Shown here: in pieces, positions 53,861 to 64,000 of the stretch
How positions within the stretch are numbered: position 1 is the stretch's first letter
Layout: each line of letters begins with the position of its first letter
Assembly (NCBI GenBank): GCA_003344405.1
Contig: NOWV01000256.1
Span: forward strand, 1-64,000
Length of the DNA: 64,000 bases
DNA from: Trichoplax sp. H2
Lineage: Eukaryota
Direction: 5' to 3'
Notes under the pieces: generated by a model
Database searches by the model: none
Told to the model about the DNA's origin: nothing
What the model saw: the letters and a program-made list of their open reading frames with translations, nothing else
Made by a program: the position numbers and the translations under genes

Positions 53861-56771
53861 AGTAAAACTATCCTTCTAAAGTTATACAGATAGTTGGATA
53901 TATTAGCCTGAAGTTTAATTTTTTGTAGGCAAATCTGATACTTTATGTTAAATGTTGTTTCTTAAGTTTATAATACCGTCATTCAGGTGGGAAATAAAAT
54001 CAAATTAGCTATTAGTAACCGTTATTATTGTATTATTTTGACGACAATCCGGGCATTTGATTCTTCAGGTCCTGATTCCACTTGTATCTAACAGGACCTT
54101 AACCAATTTCTCTCTGATCTAGGTTATGAAGAGACCCTAGCTGAAATATCCACGTGAACTAATATACACACTTTGCAAATAGTCTATCTATAAATCTAGA
54201 TTGTTTCAGTAGTATACAATTTTTAAAAGTTTGTTCCAGAATCTAGATATTACCACAAGTGCATATCATTAAACCGTCCTAAATGTTTTGGTAAGTTTGT
54301 ACAAGCATTAAATTATCCTCGAGTTGGCATTAGACCAGGTTCAATAGGGCTGCATTCGTATTATGTTACACTAAGGAAAAAAAAGCAACATTAATAAGAG
54401 ACAAGCGCTTCAAATCTTTGTTTAAATTATGTGAAATATCAATATTGAATAAAAAAACAGTCGTATTATGCATTCCAAAACTTTGTCTAAGGTATATAAA
54501 ACAGCGATGAGACTACAATGGTGCGGGTTCAATTTCCTGAACCGAATGAATTAAGAATAGAAATAAATAAATAATATTCTATTCCGTATAGTATACCAGT
54601 ACAAAGGCTGAAAAACCGTAAAAGAAAATTCCAGGCAATTTAAAAAATCGCTTGTATTCGTGATTTGTTGATTTTAATTAAAAATGATGTAATTCAATTA
54701 CTTAGAATAAGAAGGATATGCAACAGCTGCCGCATAACAACCTTAACAGGCATCTTTCCGTTTCCTCTTACTTTGCTTTGATATTAGCCCTTAATATGCT
54801 ATTAAAGCCGATACCCAATCTCGCTAAACGACAATAATAAAGTGTAGATATAATTATTTTCTTTAGTCATTTTAGACAAAAAGTAAACACGAATATAGAC
54901 ATTAAAGTATTGCTCATATGTAAGGGGAGATCTATGGATATTGAAATTATTTCAATACTGAATTAACCATAGTAGAGAAATAATGAGCCTAATAAGATTT
55001 TGCTTCGTTTAAGGATTAGTGACTTGAAGTTAACGAATCTTAATTAATTTGGCATTATGAACATTTCCAATAGAAGTATATTATATCTATCAGCATCAGA
55101 TACTTTTATGAAATTAAGATACCATAAGAGTGTTTTAAATTGTCTTTGCGATCTGAAAAAAATGCTTCGCAAACGATTAATTTTAAATAAATTATTTCAA
55201 TCGAAGATGTCAAAATAATGCTATTCTATATACTATAAGTGTATTGGTCTCATGCAGTGTTAAATCCAAAATATCTACGAATTGATTTAGTTATATTAGT
55301 TTTGGCTATTTTGGGCCATTTCTTATGGCTCAATTTGTAAAAAATATTTGCTTATACTCAAATAAGAGGCAACAATATCGTTGCTGATCACAGTAATTTT
55401 TCTCCTATCTATAGAAATCTCCCGCATTTACAGTCAAATGCACAAATAAGACAACTACGGTATCATTTGAGTAGCAAACGTTATTGAAAGGATCATTTTT
55501 TCTGGTTGTGGACATCAACAGCAAGTAATCCGTCATAGTTTTAAAGTATTTACTTAATCTTACTAATCTTTATTGAGCAACATATTATAAACAGATTATA
55601 CGTAATCTTACAAACTGTGAGCAGCCAAAAATTAGAGTATAATTTAAAGTTATAAGCAATCTATAAATTTTCAGAAGGAATAAAAGCTCACTTGTTTGCT
55701 CCAGCAATGAAGGATAAACTACTTTAGTAATATTAAATAGTTTACTCAGATGATGATCTTGACCTACAGTATTTCAAAATACTGAACTCTGATATTTCTA
55801 CTATGATAAAAAGATATGATTTTTCCATTTAGAATTTCATTTGACTTTCGTATTTCTGTTCTGTCCACATACGAATAGTTTATCATCAATTTATAGCTGT
55901 AACATCAGGCATAAATTCAACATAATAGCCTATAAATAGCTTAAGTAGGTATATGATGGTATGAGCATTTTAAAGGGTTGCTAGAACCAACCTATACATA
56001 CTCGTATATATCAGAACTATCTAGCTTAGTATCGTAACTCTACCTCTGATAAGCAATGACAGTAAAAGAAAATGTCAGAATTGTTATAAAATGTGCTATT
56101 AAATGTATAATACTTACATTTGAAATAATTATAAGAACTGATTTTATCAGAGGTAATTTCCCAGAAATTTAGATTGGGCGTAATCAACCGAATACATGTC
56201 AAGCCATTATCAACATTTCCTTGCCCAACATCTGCGAATTCAATATGTTCGTGGATCAAATATTAATCTATATTGTCTTATCTACGGTATTTAATATTAA
56301 ATTAAAAAAAATTGCCAGCTACAATTGATAAGATGGTTTATATATAGTATAAAAGATTCTATATACTTCTTATTGACGACTTTGCTAGTTAAATAAGTTT
56401 CAGTCGTGTTTGCAAGTGAGGACTGAATTTATCTAAATAGTCATATTAACGAGGCCAACCAAAATTAATAGAACTACTCTAATATTTAATAACAAGATTG
56501 CAGTAAGTACGGTATATTATGGATTGGGCTTCAAAATCGTCTGCATAGTTTTCTTATAAACAAGCGTGCTTTACCATTTTAATCGCTTCTATCAACACAA
56601 CAAAATAGAATAACCATTGATAAAGCAAGATAAATGCGCTTGAAATGCTTCAGAAAGATCCCTAAGCAATCTTTATGCACCCCTAGTAATATAATCATAA
56701 ACTGATGAGAAAATTTATTTCCATCAATATACAGTATACTAAATGCCTTTTGCATCTAGCAACTGTTTTAC

Positions 56772-57758
56772 TTAAGCGGCGTCATTTATAGCATTACTGG
56801 CAGGCAACGGTAATCGATCCGATACGTAGTTATAAATGCGAACACCAAATTTGGCATATCTATCCTTTAAAATTTCATTTGTTCCAGCATAAATAAGCGG
56901 ATTTATGGCAACATTAGAATATGGTAATAATAATACTGCACTTTCTAATTGTGAGTTGATCCTAATTTCTCCTTGAAATACAAAATATTTTATGACACTG
57001 ACAGACCATGTAACTCCTAATGGCAACCAGCAGAAAACATTTGAGCCAACTATAAGAAATGCAGTCCGAATCGATTTTCTAATACTTCCATAGCTATCGA
57101 TATGAGAATTTTTTTTGCTGTAGGCAATACAGAAAATTATTACATAACAACAAATAATTATAGTGATAACTGAACAGATTCCAGCTGCTAAAGCGGCAAG
57201 AGCAACGTAGTTATATTTATTTGTACTTCATCGTAGCCAGCATAAACTAGTAAGTTCATAACTACCAAATCCTAATGATTGAAACGGCAATAGAGGTGTT
57301 ATAGCAAAAGGTAAAGGTATTATCCAAATGCTAGTTACAATAATGCTGTAGCGCCAAACTTGTAAATGTGCTAAATAAGTATAAGGATCAGAAATAGCAG
57401 AACATCGATCAATACTTATGGCCGCTGACATAACCAATGATACTCCATGAAAATATGTAACAACGAAACCTTGAACTTGACATGTTGTATCTTCTAATTG
57501 ATAAATCAATGTCAAAATCATGCAAGGTGGTACTATACTTCCTGTACATAAATCAGCAATGGCCAGACCAGTTAGCATCGTATTTTTTATATCTCGTAAA
57601 GTTGATGAACGAAAGATGTGGAATAAGTTAAATAAATTACATACAACGGCCATAATCGTAATCAAAAAGAGGTACGAAATCTGGATTGTTATTTTATGAT
57701 TATAGTCGTCGAGATGATTGGAAGAATTATAAATTTTGGGGGGACGCGTTAAATCCAT
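56772..57758 (-). pseudogene. GPCR-9, full-length frame with a single in-frame TGA
   Basis: ORFs 57228-57758 and 56772-57026 are in the same frame; the sequence reads CWLR*STNKYNYVALAALAAGICSVITIIICCY...CWLP...NPLIY. Confidence 0.9.
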
Positions 57759-59081
57759 GCATTCTGCTTTCTATACTTCCTTGATTTAATGATTAAAATT
57801 ATGATCATAATCTGAATATCAACCTTTAGAAGAGATGTAAAGGGTAAACTGGTTATCATTGCGATGAGATTAGTAGCAATCTAAAGCAAAATTTATGGTT
57901 CAAAAGCATATCAAAATAGAATTAAACATAACTGCGCCTACTAGTATGACTTTAGAAAAACAATTATAAACCGAAATTACTCCAATAAACGCTTACTTTG
58001 TTGATATTATGATTTTTTAAAGGACATATCATATCTCTATTATAAACAACGATATTTTTAATGAAAAATTTAATTCTATAGTACAAGGGCTTGCTATGAT
58101 TATTAACTCAACCTTAGATCGGAATTTAATGTATTCTTCGGATAAATATCAGTTACCATTTACAATAGCTAATATAAATCATAGCAATACCCTGAATTTC
58201 GCAATCCAAATACTAACTAATAATATCAGCAAGTTACTTTAACGAGGGCTTGATGCTTAGTTATCATTTTCTGTATGTCTCGTATTACAAATATCGAGGC
58301 TTATTAAAAGAACAAGTTAGTTAAATAAAAAATTTTGAATGCTTGAAAACCATAACGCTGGACTTGTTCACTGTGACCAACTGATTCTAATATAGGCCGA
58401 TACTACGATTTTATTGGGTATCGTATATAGTTATTCGTTACGAAATCTTTCTATGTGAATAACATGACTCAATTGGGAATGGGTAAAAATTACTTAAGGA
58501 TGACAAGAGCATAATGGACAGTAGGACGTAAATAACATTAATTCAGAACAAGAAATTATAAATAGTTACAATTATTCTTGTAATGATTATTTCCGTAACA
58601 AATGATAATAAGATTTCCAAAGCATTTACGCAGATATCATTGTTTAATCTGTTTGAAATGATTTGCTAGAATCTATTGTTGAAAAACAAATATCAATTCT
58701 AGTCTTAGTTAGGGTAGCCATAATTATCACATTATCCTTAATTTATAGCGATATGGTTAAACTAAAATTCATAACTGGACTTGACAACTATCAGAAATTT
58801 TATAATTTTATAATTATTTTCTTTCTAAGGCTATAAAATAGCTCTAGATTGGGATAATGCACTCAAATTTTTCTAACTATTTGATAACTTGGCTTCTGAC
58901 CAGATTACGTAGCCAGTCAAAACTTTGAAGGGTACTTTTTCCTACAATCACATATAAGTGGTCAATTATACTTCATTTCCGAAACTAAAACTAATACTGA
59001 CAATAGCACTTGCAGGTATTCTCTTTAAATTTTAATCACTTTTTCCATGATTAATTATAAATCCGAAATTGCCAATGTTTT

Positions 59082-59750
59082 TGATACAAAACAACTTTGT
59101 TAGGAGAAATCGATACCATTATACGGGTATTTTTATTAACAAATTAATGGATTAAACTGTGTGGTGTAAACCAAAATTAACTTAAGATTAAAAATTATAG
59201 AATAATACGAAAATAGATGAATTGAATCTTTAATCTTAATTCCTAAATTAGTTTAAGATCAATAATTACAGAATTGCAAGATAATAGATGAATTAAATGT
59301 CGAATCTTAACATCAAATCTTCAATTTATCCTTTTTTGTACGATCGTGTGTGAACAAGATTAATATTTAGAATTCTCCTTCAAGCTTTTTATTATTGTAA
59401 TAAGTGTTGCAGCTTAAAAAAACTTGTTTTGATTTAACTACTGCAAGCTTGAATTAATATGTAGCATAATTATGATAAGAATTACACGATGTTGGATTAT
59501 AATTTATGTGATGTATTCAGTCAGTATTATACTCATTCGTTAATTATGATAGAAACTTATGGCTAATTACGATTAAATAATGTAGAAGCAATGTTACTTT
59601 GTTATCGTATAGGGTGTGTAACCAAAGATTTTGGGTTGGGTCCTAATTTAAGATTGTTGGTCAGTTTTAGCCATTTTTTATAGCTATATGATATATACTG
59701 TAGAAAATGACAAATTTTTAGATTTAGTAACATTTGGAATCTAGGGTACA
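59082..59750 (-). mobile_element. Probable solo LTR family H, TSD GTTTT/GTTTA
   Basis: gtttt|tgatacaaaacaactttgtt...ctagggtaca|gttta; terminus resembles 24098; second copy at 62970-63444. Confidence 0.55.
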
Positions 59751-62256
59751 GTTTATCTGGTCATGTGTTTAATTGCTAGGTTTTCTTGGAATACTTTAGA
59801 ATTGCAATTTGATAGTCTGGTACCATCAACTGCTCGACTTAGCATATAAAAGATACAGTATTTCAGTAAAAAAAAAAGTTCAAATTTTAGTTCCAGTAAG
59901 GCAGTATGAAGAAGCTCAGGATCTTGTAAGTAATTTTTTGACAAAGTGATTGATTGCGGCAATAATTTTGCCTTTATTCCAATTTTTAATTGGATTTATA
60001 AGTTAGTAACTAAAGTTAGAATAAATTTGTGTTTTTTCCTTAGCGTATTTGTAATTTTTAACGTGATTATTTTTTTTTCTAAAGTATACAATTTTGCAAT
60101 TATTGCTCCTCTAATTCTTGATTTTAAGCTAATTTAGCTGCAATACACAGTGCTTATTAAAAAATAATTTAACTGCGGTTTATCAGATCCTGATCGTGAA
60201 TAATTTTAGTTTAGCAAACAATTTTGATTATGCTGTATTCATTTCCTATTACTCACCTTGCTGTTAAAATTGGCCTTTAATTTTCTTGCTAAATATATTT
60301 ATGGCACAGTAAGAGGTATTCACAGTATAAAATAGATTTCGTGAAAGTTAGAAACCTCTTTGCTTCATTGATATTATTTTTGACGAAGTTTAAGTCGATT
60401 ACTTTAGAAAGCATTATCATCTTTATTAATTTAGGCAGCTTGAAAATGCTTAACTTAGTTGTTTAGCCCACTTTTTACATCATACCACGATGAAATTTCA
60501 CATTTGTTAGGCTTTCTGCACATAAAGCGGGCAAATATTTCTTGTATTATTAAAATCTAAATCGAAATGGAAGCTTTCTATATGGAGTTAAAATAAGTCT
60601 TGCATTCAATCCTATAATATCGTACTTAGAGTAATGTTATCTGACAATTATAAATGTCGGATGACTTACTACATAGTTATCGCATCAGTTATCCGCTGTC
60701 TGGACGAAGTAATTTAAAATTTACACATACTAAAATATATACATATTTCGTTCTACTGTAAAAGATGTCAGCTATGACAGTAACTGCATAGAATCATAAA
60801 GATAATTCATAAATGAAGTCTGCATAATTCTACTAAGAGATGCTGAAGATAACTAATCAATAAAGTAAAAGTCTGGAATTTAGCCCATAAAGTAAAGCTC
60901 TACTTTTGATCACCCCGTCTGGAAAATTTTCCATTTATTTACATGTAAATAAAATCTATCAAACTTGATAATAATCTGCTGATCAAGAGTAGCTAAAGAA
61001 TTCGTAAAGACTTACTGTTATAAACATAAATTTGAAACCTTAAAATGTATAACTATAACTAGAAATACAACAGAGGTAGTCTACTATCAGGTTTGTCTAT
61101 GTGATATTTACCTGCAGTACAACTTAAACACTGACGATCTCCCATCATCATATTATAGTAACAACTAGCTTCTCTTAGGCAATAAATAACCCAAAGTTTT
61201 ATTGAAAATCATTTAATTTATACTACAGCTATAGGAACTGCTAAGATCATATTTTGGTATTTATTGCTGATGCAATGGCTAATGTTAGTATCAATTATCA
61301 AGATTTAGATATCGTTCTCTACTATTAATGTAATTAACCTGAATTATTAATTCATATTTGAATATGTCTGCATAAATTAGAAAATACTTAAGTATGAAAA
61401 AGCTGAGCCAGTGAGTAAGTGAGCTAGAAAGATCGTAGCGTTATGAATCTGAAACCAGATCTTTTTACTCGTTCGCAACATAGAGGTTCTGGTGTTTAGT
61501 TTTGTGTTTAGTTGCTCGTTTATAAATTCCAATTTTAAGTAAATAAATAGGATATATTGGTAAATCTTTAAGTTTGGTCATTCTTAATTAGCATATCTCA
61601 AGAGCAATATTGGTTATTAGTACTTAGATAATGTCATAATATAATGCATCTATTGACTAAAGTTATGTAATTTAGGATAGATAAAGTATTATAAGTCATT
61701 CCCTAGGTAAGTAAATATGTGAAAGCTACGTAACGGTTGCAATACAAAAGCTCTTTCATTACACTAATTCCAAAAAAGAGTACGAAATTCTTATAATGAT
61801 TTCGCCATTACTAATTCCTAAACATGTCAATAATTAGATTTCATTCTATCACAGCTGAAAGATTAAATTTCTTCAATAAAGATTAAGCTAGTTTTTTTTA
61901 AGAAATCATTGTTTGCTTATTTTCTTCATAAACTATTCTGCTATTAACCTGCATGTAAACATCTACCTTTAAAAATACAATTATACAAGATTTTATCTTA
62001 TCAAAATATTAATGATCATCGTCATCCCTATAAGACAATCGATAACCGTTATTAGATCTCTGCTGACATAGAAATTAATCATTTCCTCCTACATTATATC
62101 CTCAAGTAGCAATATAACTCTCCTTTATTTTGGGGTGTATATGTTAGTAGCCACAAGGCAGTTATCTTTAGATAACTTATTAATGAAATTGCTGGTAATG
62201 ATCTGGCATAGGGCTCTAAAAAATAATTCAGCCAGCAAAAACCCGTTAATATTTAT

Positions 62257-62949
62257 TGTAGTAAGGGACTAAAAGTAAAGTCCTATATAGCTTTTAGTAT
62301 GTAACTAGTATTATTTTAAAATAGAAAACACCTAGAAAATGATAGTGTCTTTAAGTTTTACCCTGCCAAATCATCATGTCGCCATCTTTTCTTCATCATT
62401 ATTTTACAAGGTATTATATAGATTACTATAGAAGTAGCCCGAGAGCAATTGCCTAATCTAAAGAAAGGGCGTTTGATTGTCTATTCAAATTGCAAAGGAA
62501 TTCGACTTAGTAGCTAAACCCTATCCTTAGAGAAAGGGGATTTATAACATGACGATAAAGTACTGTAATGTAGTCTATAATCGTACAGTTACAGTACAAT
62601 CTGACGCTAACACATCAACTGTCAATACCCAGCGATACTAATGTCAGAAAAGTAGTCGTGATAGTCATATAAAATTTTTTGATTAGCGAGATAGCGAGTA
62701 CTATATATAATCTTTATAAAATCCGGATTTTTCGGATTCGGATTCCGGAACCGGTCGGATTTATGTCCGATATAATTTTCCTATTTTAATTTATGTTTGA
62801 TATAATTTTCCTGTTTTAATTTGGGGGGGGGGGATTTTTGTTCATGAAAAATATCGTAAGAGTTGATTTTTGAAATTCGGACTTTTTGTTATGAATTTGA
62901 AACTTTGGAATTTTATGACGTGACTTGAAGTCACATTAGGAGAATTTAG
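62257..62949 (+). mobile_element. Family C copy, cut by an assembly gap
   Basis: tgtagtaagggactaaaag..., colinear with 11304-11960. Confidence 0.88.
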
Positions 62950-62969
62950 NNNNNNNNNNNNNNNNNNNN

Positions 62970-63444
62970 GAATTGCAAGATAATAGATGAATTAAATGTC
63001 GAATCTTAACATCAAATCTTTAATTTATCCATTTTTGTACGATTGTGTGTGAAGAAGATTAATATTTAGAATTCTCCTTCAAGCTTTTTATTATTTTAAT
63101 AAGTATTGCAGCTTAAAAAAACTTGTTTTGATTTAACTATTGCAAGCTTGAATTAATATGTAGCATAATTTTGATAAGAATTGCACGATGTTGGATTTTA
63201 ATTTATGTGATGTATTTAGTCAGTATTATACTCATACGTTAATTATGATAAAAACTTATAGCTAATTTCGATTAAAAAATGTAGAAGCAATGTTACTTTG
63301 TTATCGTATACGGTGTGTAACCAAAGATTTGAGCTGGGTTCTAATTTAAGATTATTGGTCAGCTTTAGCCATTTTTTATAGCTATATGATATATACTGTA
63401 GAAAAGTACAATTTTTAGATTTATTAACATTTGGAATCTAGGGT
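62970..63444 (+). repeat. Direct duplicate of 59271-59747 (second H copy or alternative haplotype)
   Basis: Colinear, about 5% mismatches by eye; ends where family A begins. Confidence 0.88.
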
Positions 63445-64000
63445 TGTGACAGTGTTATATACTGTATTAGAGTAGAAATATCTACGTTAGGATAATTCTG
63501 TTAGACTATCCTTATTTAGTTAACTTCTAATTTGGATATACTGTGTTTTAATATAGCACTGACTTTGTATGACAGTGACACTTATACAAATACTGAAATT
63601 AATAGTTATAATAGGGAATGCAAATCATCTGCTTACAGTTCCAATCATTGTGATTGTAATTTACTTATGGTAGATTGTAAATTATCATGGAAATGTTCCG
63701 TGATGGGACATATCGTAATCTGACTATTCTGTATTAGTCATTACATGTCTATGTTCGTAAATACTGTTGTCTGCATTAAGGGAGCAGTAGCTATAATTAA
63801 TATCTAATTCAGTAAATGATTCCAATGTTAATTGTATTAACTATGACTCATGAACTATTGAGGAAGAGTATACAAATGCAGTATATCGTGCAATAAAGAG
63901 GATTCTCAAACTTAGTGTTTAACATAAAATACGAGGCGTTTAAGTCTTTGGGTAGTCTGCTAGTAGAGCAAAAGTGTTCGTGATAGTGCAGATATCGTTC
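63445..64000 (+). mobile_element. Solo LTR family A running off the window end
   Basis: ctagggt|tgtgacagtg...; the uninterrupted site ctagggt|aca is at 59741-59750. Confidence 0.9.

Noticed and set aside
56600..57230. Selenocysteine reading of the GPCR-9 TGA
   Set aside because: Paralogs have Leu or Phe rather than Cys at this site, I see no convincing SECIS stem downstream, and AATAAA lies about 50 nt after the stop.
1990..57758. Receptors as true opsins, or as named amine or peptide receptors
   Set aside because: No K296-equivalent lysine, no TM3 amine-binding Asp and no recognisable ortholog; gene symbols left blank.
14965..57758. Split GPCR ORFs as exons of spliced genes
   Set aside because: The fragments are contiguous and colinear with intact paralogs; the breaks are point stops or small indels, leaving no room for introns.
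2036..60137. Short 60-100 aa ORFs in the track (e.g. 2036, 8512, 11597, 15819, 26082, 31672, 34884, 42311, 45054, 49830, 56026, 59753)
   Set aside because: They are antisense or off-frame shadows of the GPCRs, parts of LTRs, or chance ORFs in AT-rich DNA; many start at TTG or GTG and show no recognisable domain.
1..64000. CRISPR arrays, rRNA or tRNA genes, prokaryotic operons
   Set aside because: No regularly spaced short repeats or recognisable structural RNA seen; the sequence is eukaryotic in character.

Overview
AT-rich eukaryotic genomic DNA from a draft assembly with five 20-N gaps; a placozoan (Trichoplax-like) origin is an inference only. The window holds a tandem array of nine related intronless class A (rhodopsin-family) GPCR loci, all on the minus strand. 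Two are intact (1990-3078, 24845-25903). Two carry a single lesion: a +1 homopolymer frameshift at 34375 and an in-frame TGA at 57228. Five are multiply disrupted or truncated. This birth-and-death layout is typical of chemoreceptor clusters. The spacers contain more than 20 solo-LTR-like TG...CA elements from about nine families, many with readable 4- or 5-bp target-site duplications (TSDs). Several families share a 3' terminal motif, some copies are nested in each other's termini, and no gag/pol region is seen. Duplications next to the gaps appear to show two haplotypes, including a filled versus empty LTR site and a probable 2-kb inversion upstream of an intact receptor. All alignments and counts were done by eye.
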